From a virus: a DNA stretch of 64,000 nucleotides. The stretch lies in the IMG/VR virus record IMGVR_UViG_3300029305_006397; one strand, given 5' to 3'. Under the pieces are notes generated by a model, which was given only the letters and a program-made list of their open reading frames with translations, did not search any database and had not been told where the DNA came from. Below are positions 51,682 through 61,840 of this stretch, piece after piece. The position numbers and the translations under genes are program-made. The stretch's first letter is position 1; each line of letters opens with the position of its first letter.

Positions 51682-53673
51682 TCAGTTTCCTTCCATCATG
51701 ACAAGCAGTTCTTCTTCGGTAATAATTGGAATGCCGAGTTCCTTAGCCTTTTTGTTTTTGCCGGAAGTAGAATTGATGTCGTTGTTGACGAGATAATCAG
51801 TTTTCGAATTTACCGATCCAGATACCTTGCCGCCATAAGAAACGATATTGAAGACCGCATTATCACGATTGGTAAAATGATTAAGCTTACCTGTAATAAC
51901 AAACGTTTTGCCTTCAAGACACTTTCTGTAATCAGGAACCGCATTTGAAAGTTCTCTATTGTTATAGAAGGTTAAGCGGTTTGCGAGATCGGCAATCCAA
52001 TCTTTGTATTCATGCAAATGACGATTCAAGGACTCATTGATTTGCTTTCCAAAGCCTTGAAGCGTAGTGAAATCAAATTCAGATTCACAGCACTGATTAT
52101 AAAAAGCATCGAAGGTTTCAAAATGGTTTGCGATTGCCTGACTTGCAGTTTTGCCAACATTCGGAATACAGAGCGCATTAATAAATCTTGCAAGAGTAGT
52201 GACCTTACTTGCTTCGATGGAATCAAGAAGCTTATCGACGGATCGAATGCCAAATCCGGGAAGCTGAATCATTTCAGACCGAGCTCTATGTAAGAGATAA
52301 ATGTCCAGACCATCATTTAGCCAGCCTAAATCAATAAATTTCTTTAATGTGGACTCAGACAAACCATCAATATTCATTGCTTGTTTGGAAACAAAGTGTG
52401 TGAGTTGACCGAGCCTTTTACCCGGACAATCGAAGTTCTTGCAGACAAGCACCTGAGAATCCTTTTCCTGCTGAATAACAGTAACAGCACCGCAATAAGG
52501 ACAACGATAAGGAATCTGGAAAACAGCAACGTCATGAGGCTCTGTTCTATCCGCACTAATTACTTGGGGAATAATATCATTTGCCTTGCTTACGGATATT
52601 CGCTGACCAATATGAGGCCATTCTCCCAATACAGATCGCAAAATACTGAGATTATGCAAGCTTGCACGAGACACAGAGCTGCCACTGATTTCGACGGGAT
52701 TAAACACTGCTGTAGGAGTAAGAACGCCCGTTTTACCAATAGTCCAATCGATATCCGTTAAAGTGGTTTCAAAAGTATCATCTTCAAACTTAAAAGCAAT
52801 AGAATGAAGAGGATGGTGATCGGTTGCACCAAGAGACTGCCCGTATTTCACATCATCAAAAGCCATTACAAGACCATCAATAGGATAAGAATATTTTTGG
52901 GCGCTGTTTTTCAGAGCTTGAATCATTGCTTCGATATAGTCTTTATCTGTGTTTTGAGAATAAGTAAGCAGCGGAACAACATCAAATCCCATTGATTTTG
53001 CTTTTCTGAGCCCACCAAGCATCGATTCTGTTTCACCAGGTACTTTCCATGCAATGAAACGCAGAGATCGCTTGGCTGCAATTCCGGAATCCAACTGGCG
53101 AACAGAGCCACTTGCAAGATTGCGGGGATTTTTATATTCAGATTCGCTTTCGGCATTAATACGATTGAAATCATCGTAAGTAATGATAGCTTCGCCTTCA
53201 ATTTCATAATGGCCGGGATACGGAATCGTGAGGGGAATATTTTTAAACACCCTAGCATTATGGGTAATATCTTCACCGATTTCGCCGTCACCCCTGGTTT
53301 CTGCCTGGACAAGATTCCCATTATCATAAGTGAGCAATACGGTAAGACCATCCATTTTAAGGCTAAGAATACAATCCCGATCTCCTGCAAAAGAAATGAG
53401 ATCATCAACGGACTTGGTTTTATCAAGGGACAACATGGGATGAGAGTGCGTAACCTTTTTAAGATTACCTACTACTTCATATCCTACAAATTGAGTGGGC
53501 GACGCACTGAAAACAATGCCGGATTCATTTTCAAATTTGCGTACTGCATCAAACAACTCATCATACATAGAATTAGGTACGGGTGACTGATTATCATTGT
53601 AATAGGCATTCGCATAAGCATTAAGTTGACGAACGGCATCTTTGTACTCAGCGATATTGGTAATTTCAGGCAT
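51682..53673 (-). CDS. ligA: NAD-dependent DNA ligase
   Basis: Adenylation Lys in LSLKMDGLTV. Four-Cys Zn finger CPYCG..CKNFDCPG. HhH region. BRCT (GKTFVITGKL..GGKVSGSV..TDYLV). Confidence 0.9.
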   Translation of the reverse strand: MPEITNIAEYKDAVRQLNAYANAYYNDNQSPVPNSMYDELFDAVRKFENESGIVFSASPTQFVGYEVVGNLKKVTHSHPMLSLDKTKSVDDLISFAGDRDCILSLKMDGLTVLLTYDNGNLVQAETRGDGEIGEDITHNARVFKNIPLTIPYPGHYEIEGEAIITYDDFNRINAESESEYKNPRNLASGSVRQLDSGIAAKRSLRFIAWKVPGETESMLGGLRKAKSMGFDVVPLLTYSQNTDKDYIEAMIQALKNSAQKYSYPIDGLVMAFDDVKYGQSLGATDHHPLHSIAFKFEDDTFETTLTDIDWTIGKTGVLTPTAVFNPVEISGSSVSRASLHNLSILRSVLGEWPHIGQRISVSKANDIIPQVISADRTEPHDVAVFQIPYRCPYCGAVTVIQQEKDSQVLVCKNFDCPGKRLGQLTHFVSKQAMNIDGLSESTLKKFIDLGWLNDGLDIYLLHRARSEMIQLPGFGIRSVDKLLDSIEASKVTTLARFINALCIPNVGKTASQAIANHFETFDAFYNQCCESEFDFTTLQGFGKQINESLNRHLHEYKDWIADLANRLTFYNNRELSNAVPDYRKCLEGKTFVITGKLNHFTNRDNAVFNIVSYGGKVSGSVNSKTDYLVNNDINSTSGKNKKAKELGIPIITEEELLVMMEGN

Positions 53674-53692
53674 GATTTAAAGCCCCTTTCGA

Positions 53693-53857
53693 TCAGAATA
53701 ATACATGTTCTTTTTTTGCGAGATAATATTCACAATTTTGGATATCTTCAGCAGTACATTCTTTAATTTCTTTAAAGATGCAATCCACCTGATCGGGTTT
53801 AAAATTTTCGCAACGCTTACACTTTTTCATTGCCTTTTTCTTTTCTTTTTCTTGCAT
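53693..53857 (-). CDS. small Cys-containing protein
   Basis: Sequence MQEKEKKKAMKKCKRCENF..C..C. The start could also be ATG 53869 or GTG 53890. Confidence 0.4.
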   Translation of the reverse strand: MQEKEKKKAMKKCKRCENFKPDQVDCIFKEIKECTAEDIQNCEYYLAKKEHVLF

Positions 53858-53883
53858 AGTTAAATCCATCCCTATTATTAATG

Positions 53884-53902
53884 TTTGCACTTAATGTTTA
53901 TT
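53884..53902. repeat. 19-nt exact repeat tttgcacttaatgtttatt (copy 1; copy 2 at 61095-61113)
   Basis: Read directly. Both copies have the same orientation and both lie just upstream of a minus-strand gene start. Confidence 0.85.
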
Positions 53903-53943
53903 ATGTTTTCATTTGGTACAATTATTTTTTGCACCACATGATT

Positions 53944-53972
53944 ATAATAACACATTTTTGAATCAAAGTCAA
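53944..53972 (-). promoter_or_regulatory. sigma70/sigmaA-like promoter inside the replication arm
   Basis: The minus strand reads TTGACT - 17 nt - TATTAT with TG one base upstream of the -10 (extended -10). It lies in the only sizeable intergenic gap of the arm. Confidence 0.55.
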
Positions 53973-54001
53973 TGTATATTTTTTATTTTTGCAGATAATA
54001 T

Positions 54002-56317
54002 TTATTGCATTCTTTTCTTTTCTACTTCTGATTTGAGTAGACGCTGCATGAAAGTATGCCTGGTTAGATTCTCTTTCTTCAAAACTGCTTTATTAATCGT
54101 ATCTAGTTCTCCCAAGTGAAAACAGGTTTTGCGCATTCGGGTCAAACCAACATAAATCAAATTGCTATTAAGCATGAAAAAATGGCTTTTAGGAGTGCAA
54201 AGAATTACATTATCAATGGAAGAGCCCTGAGATTTATGTAATGTAATTGCATATCCCAAGCTTAGATTGTCAAAATCACTTTGAGAATAGCGGACGAATA
54301 CATTATCAAATTCAATAATGGCATATGACGCGCAGATGGATCGGATAATTCCCGTTTCGCCATTTGCAATAAACGCAGTAATTTCTTTATTTGGATACTC
54401 ATCAGCCAACAACCTTTCTGCTGGTGAATAATGATCCGGATCAACCATCGCTTTATAATTATTTGCCTTTTGAATTACCAGATCGCCTTCAAAGAAAACA
54501 GACTCGCCATGACTAAAGCAAGCTGTTTTACTGTAATTTGGGTTTGCAATGCGTTGGATTTCATTATTCAAGTCAATTGTGCCACATTCCCCTCCATTCT
54601 TAGCGGTAAGAACCTGGATATTTTCCATTGAATTTCCCAAAGACAAGAGTTTACGATAAAGTTGAACAATGGTTTGCTGCATAGATTGCGCTGGCACATC
54701 CACAAAAGTGTAATCTTTATTATTGCCAAAGACTGTAGCCTTACTTCGCATACCTGAATTGAGATACGGTTTCCTGAATCGAACATCGGTTGCTACTTTC
54801 ATTAAGCCACCTTCCGAATATCGAAACACTGTTTTTAATGTAACAGACGGAATCAATCTGGTTTCCATAAAGTCATGAAGAAGATTCCCACATGATACGG
54901 ATGGCAGCTGCGCATTATCGCCAATCAAAAGTAGCTTAGTTCGATTAAAATCAATGGCCTTAAGTAGCCTTTGAAAAAGCCAGATATCTACCATAGAAAA
55001 TTCATCTACAATAACAATGTCTGCATCCAGTTTGTTACTTTCGCAAAACGTCCATTCACCGTCTCCGGGATTCCATCCAAGACCACGATGAATTGTAGAC
55101 GCATGACGCTTAGTATAGTTTGTCAATACTTTTGCGGCTTTTCCAGTGGGAGAAAATAGCCTATATGTTTTCTGGTTGGCTTCCAGAAGATTGATTATAG
55201 CCTGGGTAGAAAACGACTTTCCTGTTCCGGCAGCACCATTTAAAATACTGACAGTATATTTACATACGTTTTTAGCACAACTTAATTGTTCATCTGAAAG
55301 CGCGATTCCATCCACCATGCGATAAGCTTCTACATCATAATCCCAAACGGTGTTTTGAGCTGCAAGACCGGATATAATTGTTTGTGCAATATATTGCTCG
55401 GTATTAAAAGTATTTTTAAGAGAAGCTTCGTTTGCATCAGGACAGAAATAAAATTCAGGATCATTCAAAGCATCAAAGAAATGCTTTGCACAGGCAGGCG
55501 TAAGATTTTGACAAGCTGCCTTTAAATCGGCAACGGACATTTTTGTATGTCCTTCGCCTTCATTTTGAGAAAGTAAATAATAAATACATGCCTGACACCT
55601 TTCTATGCTGGTTTTTAAATCTGAGTTAAACTGAATCGAAGGTTCTTTTCCGTTTTTAACAGCTTCTCGACCTGCCGCCTCCATAGAAAGCAAGATGGAG
55701 TCTGCAGTTTTAAAGCCTACACGCGCAAGATCGCACAAACACTTATAGGGTTCAATTCTGAGATGATGCTTAATTGTTTCAATTGAAGGATACTTTTCGT
55801 AGAGTTTCCTCATTATAGTGGTAGAAATAGCACCATCAAACAAGGCGATCAAATCAAACAAGCAGAAGTTTTCAATGATTTTTTCTTTGATCTTTTCAAA
55901 TGTTTTTTCTTTTATACCGTACAGCTTGTTCAAATCGATATCATCGAGCCTGTTTTCACGGACGCGCTGAATGATATCGGGATAATGCTTGAGCAATTCA
56001 TCTGCTTGATTCAAGGTCAAAACTTCGCGCAAGAAGGCGCGGGTACTATCAAGGGTAATAGGAACATCGCGGCGAATGCTCAAGACATTGTATCCTATGC
56101 CATATTTGCTGTGTTGTTCAGTTGCAACAATTTCATATTCTACGCCAGTGCTTAAGCCCTGAAGATCCCCAATTAATGATACGTTGCCATATTTGTTGCA
56201 GCGAATCGCCGGATATTTGCCTTTATCAATGTCGGCAGCATAGATTTTGAAAGATGGGTAATCGCATATACATTTTGCAATAGTTGCCCTGAATGAAACC
56301 TTTTTATCTTTATTCAT
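54002..56317 (-). CDS. RecD2-like SF1B DNA helicase
   Basis: Walker A NGAAGTGKSF. Walker B IVIVDEFSMVD. Also LLLIGDNAQLPSV and a C-terminal ITLHKSQGSS. The long N-terminal HhH-type region matches RecD/TraA-family helicases. Confidence 0.8.
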   Translation of the reverse strand: MNKDKKVSFRATIAKCICDYPSFKIYAADIDKGKYPAIRCNKYGNVSLIGDLQGLSTGVEYEIVATEQHSKYGIGYNVLSIRRDVPITLDSTRAFLREVLTLNQADELLKHYPDIIQRVRENRLDDIDLNKLYGIKEKTFEKIKEKIIENFCLFDLIALFDGAISTTIMRKLYEKYPSIETIKHHLRIEPYKCLCDLARVGFKTADSILLSMEAAGREAVKNGKEPSIQFNSDLKTSIERCQACIYYLLSQNEGEGHTKMSVADLKAACQNLTPACAKHFFDALNDPEFYFCPDANEASLKNTFNTEQYIAQTIISGLAAQNTVWDYDVEAYRMVDGIALSDEQLSCAKNVCKYTVSILNGAAGTGKSFSTQAIINLLEANQKTYRLFSPTGKAAKVLTNYTKRHASTIHRGLGWNPGDGEWTFCESNKLDADIVIVDEFSMVDIWLFQRLLKAIDFNRTKLLLIGDNAQLPSVSCGNLLHDFMETRLIPSVTLKTVFRYSEGGLMKVATDVRFRKPYLNSGMRSKATVFGNNKDYTFVDVPAQSMQQTIVQLYRKLLSLGNSMENIQVLTAKNGGECGTIDLNNEIQRIANPNYSKTACFSHGESVFFEGDLVIQKANNYKAMVDPDHYSPAERLLADEYPNKEITAFIANGETGIIRSICASYAIIEFDNVFVRYSQSDFDNLSLGYAITLHKSQGSSIDNVILCTPKSHFFMLNSNLIYVGLTRMRKTCFHLGELDTINKAVLKKENLTRHTFMQRLLKSEVEKKRMQ

Positions 56318-56333
56318 ATAGAACTCCTATATA

Positions 56334-56358
56334 GGTAGGGCAAAAGCAATGCCCTACC
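56334..56358. other. 9-bp GC-rich hairpin overlapping the dnaE stop and abutting the helicase SD
   Basis: GGTAGGGCA-aaagcaa-TGCCCTACC. No clear U-tract on the minus strand. Confidence 0.5.
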
Positions 56359-59300
56359 TTATTTCAATTTTAGACTTTGCTTCCGGTAATTTTTCGGGAA
56401 CATTATTCTTAATCACTTCATAATATTCAAGAACAAACTCTGTTTCATCGGATTTGATCCATTCGCCACCCACGAGCTTTATCTTAGGAACTTCAGTAAA
56501 ATTATCTATCTTTAATAGATCAAATTCACCAAATGGATTTTCGCGATAGATTTTTCCCTGCTTGATTCGTGTTTTGATTTCTTTGCCGGATTGAATTTGG
56601 CGCAGAAGCAACGAAGGACGGGACGGATCAGAATAGGTTTTGAAATCAACTACAACATAAAAACACGGATAGCATGCTGGATTAATATATGTAGTATATT
56701 CAAGGTATTCCATTTCGAATTTAACCTGATCAATGATTTGCATGGGTTTATTAGGAACTTTAGACGCCAAAAACTGAATAAGGCCGATATTGTTTAATTC
56801 GCGGAATTGAGCTGGCGTTTCTTTTCCGGAATAATCGCGAATTTCTGTTTCGCCAAGATTGAACTTATGAGAATAGACATCCAGTTTTTTCTTTGAAATA
56901 ATTTTTGAAGTTGCAAATTCATCATAAATTTCAATCAATTTTAAGAGATACTGATTACAACCGAAATCTTCAAAAAAATTCAGTCCGGTAAGAATTACCA
57001 ATTGCCTTGAATCCAGAGTTTTATTTTTCTTTATATCTTCAAGCAGATCAATAAACGAAGCATACTTATTTTCAGAAAGAGCAAGCAACTTATTGGCAAT
57101 TTCAGCATTACAATACTTTACTGACGCAATTCCCTTGTAAATGCAGTTGTTTTCACGATCCATAGAATAATCTGCACCGGATTTGCCGAACTTAATAGGC
57201 TTTAAATCAATACCAAAGTAAGGAAGTTCTGCAATCAGATTTGCAGTACGAGCCATATCGTCGGCATACAAAGACAGAGTGACGGTATAATACTCCAAAG
57301 GATAATGGGATTTAAGGTATGCTCCATAAACACTATCGATAGCAACGGAAAGCGAATGAGAAGCATTAAAAGAATACCTTGCAGCATCCTGAACGACCTG
57401 CCATGTTTCTGCAAAACCATCCATGGAACCAACATTTTTAATCCATCCGGATTCAAGCTGTTTCTGAAGAGCCAGAAGTTCTTCTTCCTTGAACTTCTTT
57501 TTGGCTATTTTTTTGATAATGTCATAAGTACCCTTTTCTTCAATGCCCAACCATACGAGATATTTCATAATGGATTCCTGGTACATCATAAAATGGAAAG
57601 AATCTTCGAGTATTGCATCCAGTTCTGCAACGCCAGTGGAGTATGGTTCGCGATCCAAGAAGGTATTAAGCAGCGATGCAAATCCCGGTCTGATGGATGC
57701 CACCCATGCAGACATTTCCGCCAAAGACCTGGGCTTATAACGCTTTAATGTTTGTTTGCCAAAGTCGGAATCGGACTGATTTATGGTTGTGGTAAGCGCA
57801 TTGGCGTAAATATCCCATACTTTATCATCACAATTCTCAAGCAGGGTATTGATATCATCAATTGGACGGCCTATGAGCTTATAAACGCGGTCAATAATGT
57901 CATATACCTTAACGGTTAAGTAATCATTCTTCAGGTATTTATAAACATCACAGTTGTAACCATCCAGGGCACAGCACATGGTATAATTGGTGGCGTTGCC
58001 TACGCGAATCAGGCCAACTTCATCCGGGATCGGATGATCCAGAAGAAGGAAAGAACACGGAGACGGAGCAATAGATTCGATAACACCACGGAAAACTTTA
58101 CTTGCTTCAATGATATCTTTCCAACGGGCATCGTCAAGATGATCTTCGAGATTCTTAGCAATTTCATCATAATCTTCAAGATTGTACCCATTGGCTTTGC
58201 ACCACAGGCGAAATGCAGAAGACTCTTGAAGTGGCTTATAAGCCACCATATAATAAATGCCCTCTTCGCCCAGGATGTCCTTTGATGCCTGTATAACGGG
58301 CTCTACGGACGCGAAATTAAGGTCTATATCCGGTAGCGACCTGGAGGATAAAATACGTTCCGCAGACATAAAGCGCGTGGGATACAATGTAATTGGTGCG
58401 GCAAGACGATCAATTTCTGTAAGCCCAAGAAGATGATTAATATAGAAAGAAACTGCACTACCACGACCGGAACGGGTAAGAACGGCTCCATACTCATTGA
58501 CGGCCCTTTTGACGATCAGATGATCCAAGATAAAATATCTTGCCATACCACATTTTTCTACGATATCAGTTTCATAATATATAGCATCCTGATATTCTGG
58601 AATGCGCTTTGCCCGTACTTTACCCTTTTCTCTTCTCCATGCTCTTGCCAGAATTGCTTTAAGCACTTGATTATCATCAGAATAATCAAAATTTGGGATA
58701 TGTAAATCCTTACGAAGAAGCTCTTCTTTGATCTTAGGAATTTTGAACTCCTTATCTACATGAACACCTTCTGCTTGATCAAAGACCAATGTATTTTCAA
58801 GCGCTTCGATTGCCTGTTCCCTACTGAGAACGCCCTGCGTTTCATATCTGGCAAGAATGGTTTCTGCATCAGGATAATCAAGTTCAAATCCAGATTCATC
58901 ATCATAATAGATGCCCTTGGCCCGGAGAAACAAATCGCGATACTTAGCGTCTTCGGGATAAATATAATGGGAGTCATTTGCATGAATAAGACCTACATTA
59001 TATTTTTCTTTCAATTTCAGGATTCGCATATTATAAAGAATCTGCTGCTGCGCAGAATGCGCCTGAACCTCTAAAAAGAAATTTGAACCGAAATGATTCA
59101 TAACAGGCTGCAGAAAAGCCGTTTCCCAATCATCACCTTTGAAAAGACGACCTGCGATACATGCTGTTGTTACAACAGTATCAGTTGGAGTGAGAGAAAG
59201 CAAAGACTGAAGATCTATGCGAGGCTTATAATAAAAACCATCCTGATTCGCAATAGACATGATACGATTGATTTCTCTTCTGGCCTTTTCGGTGAGCGCA

Positions 59301-59569
59301 ACAAGCATAATATGATACATTGATCTGGAGGATTTATCAAACATATCGTCTACATAATATGCTTCTACGCCATAGATGCATTTAAGACCATGCTTTTCGC
59401 AAAGAGTTTGAGCTTCATATATATTCCCCTGATAACCATGTTCAGCTGTAAAATATGTTGTATGCCCCAGTTCCAAAGCACGGAGGATATAATCCTCCGG
59501 CTTTGAAACGCAATCAAGAGTTCGAATATTGGAATAATGAGTATGTTTATGGTAATTGTTATACCGCAT
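56354..59569 (-). CDS. dnaE: DNA polymerase III alpha subunit (DnaE-type, N-terminal PHP domain)
   Basis: PHP motif YHKHTHYSN..D....PEDY..RA.ELGH..YF.AEHG. The length and core match Pol III alpha. ATG 59569 follows AGGCAGGGGA. Confidence 0.85.
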   Translation of the reverse strand: MRYNNYHKHTHYSNIRTLDCVSKPEDYILRALELGHTTYFTAEHGYQGNIYEAQTLCEKHGLKCIYGVEAYYVDDMFDKSSRSMYHIMLVALTEKARREINRIMSIANQDGFYYKPRIDLQSLLSLTPTDTVVTTACIAGRLFKGDDWETAFLQPVMNHFGSNFFLEVQAHSAQQQILYNMRILKLKEKYNVGLIHANDSHYIYPEDAKYRDLFLRAKGIYYDDESGFELDYPDAETILARYETQGVLSREQAIEALENTLVFDQAEGVHVDKEFKIPKIKEELLRKDLHIPNFDYSDDNQVLKAILARAWRREKGKVRAKRIPEYQDAIYYETDIVEKCGMARYFILDHLIVKRAVNEYGAVLTRSGRGSAVSFYINHLLGLTEIDRLAAPITLYPTRFMSAERILSSRSLPDIDLNFASVEPVIQASKDILGEEGIYYMVAYKPLQESSAFRLWCKANGYNLEDYDEIAKNLEDHLDDARWKDIIEASKVFRGVIESIAPSPCSFLLLDHPIPDEVGLIRVGNATNYTMCCALDGYNCDVYKYLKNDYLTVKVYDIIDRVYKLIGRPIDDINTLLENCDDKVWDIYANALTTTINQSDSDFGKQTLKRYKPRSLAEMSAWVASIRPGFASLLNTFLDREPYSTGVAELDAILEDSFHFMMYQESIMKYLVWLGIEEKGTYDIIKKIAKKKFKEEELLALQKQLESGWIKNVGSMDGFAETWQVVQDAARYSFNASHSLSVAIDSVYGAYLKSHYPLEYYTVTLSLYADDMARTANLIAELPYFGIDLKPIKFGKSGADYSMDRENNCIYKGIASVKYCNAEIANKLLALSENKYASFIDLLEDIKKNKTLDSRQLVILTGLNFFEDFGCNQYLLKLIEIYDEFATSKIISKKKLDVYSHKFNLGETEIRDYSGKETPAQFRELNNIGLIQFLASKVPNKPMQIIDQVKFEMEYLEYTTYINPACYPCFYVVVDFKTYSDPSRPSLLLRQIQSGKEIKTRIKQGKIYRENPFGEFDLLKIDNFTEVPKIKLVGGEWIKSDETEFVLEYYEVIKNNVPEKLPEAKSKIEIR

Positions 59570-59870
59570 TGGTATCCCCTGCCTTTCCGGCTTCACGATC
59601 TATCCATGCAAAATTTTCAAATGAAATGCTATTTTCGTGTTCGATCCATCGCTGCTCAAGTTCAAGCCAAAAGGGACAAGAGCGATACAGGGTAATTCGA
59701 ATCGGAGAAGGTGATCGAGCTGCCTGCTTCATTAACGCCAGGAAATTTTGCTGAATCATGATTTTAGGAGCCTGCATAAATTGCCTTCTGACGGAATCAC
59801 CTTCCTCGATACATAATTTGCATTCATAGACTTCAAAATCATCAGAAAAACCTTGATGATGTACATACAT
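59559..59870 (-). CDS. hypothetical protein
   Basis: 103 aa. Overlaps the dnaE start. Confidence 0.45.
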   Translation of the reverse strand: MYVHHQGFSDDFEVYECKLCIEEGDSVRRQFMQAPKIMIQQNFLALMKQAARSPSPIRITLYRSCPFWLELEQRWIEHENSISFENFAWIDREAGKAGDTNAV

Positions 59871-59883
59871 AAAAGTTCACCAC

Positions 59884-61071
59884 CTACATGGCATTCAGCC
59901 AGGAAAGATCAAGTTCGGGTTCAGGCTCTCTTCTCACCGATGCATTAACTTGAGAGCCGACGCCAGCAAACAAATTACCTCCGTTTTTACTATCGTTTTT
60001 CTTTTCAAGATAGGCATAGTACGGACGATGTAAAATGGGAGAATATCCACACAGAGTAGACAAGAAGTATTCGTTTTCTTTGATGCTTTCATCGCTATCC
60101 CAGAAGGCAAGATCGGTATTACGAGCCTTGTGCTCTTCAATTCTCATATTGATATCGACAATCGCCTTATTGATATAATCAATCCAATAAGAAATGATTT
60201 CCTGATTGATATCGATATAGACATAGCAATCGGATATTTTATACAGGGCCTGAATTTCAGGCGGCAATACCTTGATGGAATTAGAATCCAGTAATTCACG
60301 AAGATATTCATCTGTGATTTCATCGGAATATCCATAGGTTTTAAGCCACATTTTTACATTTGCCTGAAGAGATTCGCCAATTTTACAACGCTCAATATCG
60401 CGAACCTTGGTAGAACCATTTTTCAATGGATGTTCTACCGTTACATACTTTAAGAAGTTCCAGGCACAGCGGATTTTATCAAGCGGAATACCCATTTGGT
60501 TCAAAGCTATGGCATAGATTACCAACTGACCGGATTTTTCCTGAGCTGTTTTTCCTGCATAAACTGTTGATGTTTTCCAATCGATAATATGGAAATTATC
60601 TTCATCATCCTTCATAGTTACATCGATATAGCCCTGGAATACATGATCTCCAATTTTCGCAGCCACAAACTTTTCAAGAGCAGGTTTATACTTTAACTTA
60701 GTATGATTCGCAAAGAAGTGCAGGAGGTTTTCTTTGTACTTACGAGCAATATTTGCATTTTTGTTAGGATCATTACGATCAAATTTCAGGTCTGCCAAAT
60801 CAATGGCAGTGAGCCAGCCATCTTCAAAATGAGATAGCATATCAGAATATTTAATTTCGCCATTATAAAAGGCTTCAAGAGCTGAATGACAAATGGAACC
60901 CATAGGTGCATAAGCAGAATCATTTCTATCTTCTTCTACATGGCGGATATATTTCAAATAAAAAAGATAAGGAGAAATAATAGCAGTGTCCAATTTAGAC
61001 CAAGACCATAATTCAGATACGCCATATTTTTCTTTTACAGCATTTAGTTGTTCCCTTGTAAGGCGAGCCAT
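59884..61071 (-). CDS. PD-(D/E)XK (RecB/Cas4-like) nuclease
   Basis: Core GYIDVTMKDDEDNFHIIDWKTS (D...D.K) plus QLVIYAIAL (Q..xY). Confidence 0.7.
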   Translation of the reverse strand: MARLTREQLNAVKEKYGVSELWSWSKLDTAIISPYLFYLKYIRHVEEDRNDSAYAPMGSICHSALEAFYNGEIKYSDMLSHFEDGWLTAIDLADLKFDRNDPNKNANIARKYKENLLHFFANHTKLKYKPALEKFVAAKIGDHVFQGYIDVTMKDDEDNFHIIDWKTSTVYAGKTAQEKSGQLVIYAIALNQMGIPLDKIRCAWNFLKYVTVEHPLKNGSTKVRDIERCKIGESLQANVKMWLKTYGYSDEITDEYLRELLDSNSIKVLPPEIQALYKISDCYVYIDINQEIISYWIDYINKAIVDINMRIEEHKARNTDLAFWDSDESIKENEYFLSTLCGYSPILHRPYYAYLEKKNDSKNGGNLFAGVGSQVNASVRREPEPELDLSWLNAM

Positions 61072-61094
61072 ATATTATCACTTCCTTTATTTTT

Positions 61095-61113
61095 TTTGCA
61101 CTTAATGTTTATT
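61095..61113. repeat. 19-nt exact repeat tttgcacttaatgtttatt (copy 2)
   Basis: Overlaps the methyltransferase stop codon and lies 24 nt upstream of the nuclease ATG. Confidence 0.85.
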
Positions 61114-61839
61114 GGTGCTTGACAATCGCCGAAAAGCAACATCGAAGTATTTATCATCAAGTTCAAAGCCAATATAATGTCTATCCTCAATTTTCGCAGC
61201 CAGACAGGATGTACCGGAGCCCATGCAATTATCGAGGACGATATCTCCCGGATTTGTGTATGTGCGAACAAGCCATTGGCAAAGTTCCAAGGATTTTTGA
61301 GTTGGATGAATTGCCACAGAAGGATGCGGCTTTGGAAAAGTGAGAATAGATTTGGGATGTTTCATATTGCCAAGCTGATCAGAGTTATCGACAAAGTTGT
61401 AATCGCCGTAATTCTCGTTGGCATTTTCTTTTGGACGGCCTTTTGAGTGATTCTTCGCTCCGACTACCTTCTGAGGATTGTATGTGGGCTGCTTTTGATA
61501 GAAAACACAGATTTCTTCGTGAGAGCGAAGCGGCATGCGGTTTGCATTTAAAAATCCTGATGTAAGAACCTTGTCCCATACAAGGTTGTAACGCCACCAT
61601 TTAGGATTTGAAAGCATGAGATTTGCTTCGAACATGCCATCTGCGAATAGGCAAATGGCTGTATTAGGTTTTGCGATTCGCCTATATTGCTCCCAAAGTT
61701 TATCCAGAGGGATAACCGAATCCCATTTATTCTTGGTGACGCCATACGGAAGATCGCAGAGAATCATATCTATACTGGCATCCGGAAGATCGGACATAAG
61801 CTCAAGACAATCACCCTGTTTTAAATAATCGCATTTCAT
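61102..61839 (-). CDS. DNA methyltransferase (N6-adenine/N4-cytosine, beta-class order)
   Basis: Motif IV variant ILCDLPYG lies near the N-terminus. The AdoMet motif VLDNCMGSGTS lies near the C-terminus. ATG 61839 follows AGGAGG. Confidence 0.8.
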   Translation of the reverse strand: MKCDYLKQGDCLELMSDLPDASIDMILCDLPYGVTKNKWDSVIPLDKLWEQYRRIAKPNTAICLFADGMFEANLMLSNPKWWRYNLVWDKVLTSGFLNANRMPLRSHEEICVFYQKQPTYNPQKVVGAKNHSKGRPKENANENYGDYNFVDNSDQLGNMKHPKSILTFPKPHPSVAIHPTQKSLELCQWLVRTYTNPGDIVLDNCMGSGTSCLAAKIEDRHYIGFELDDKYFDVAFRRLSSTNKH

Positions 61840-61840
61840 T

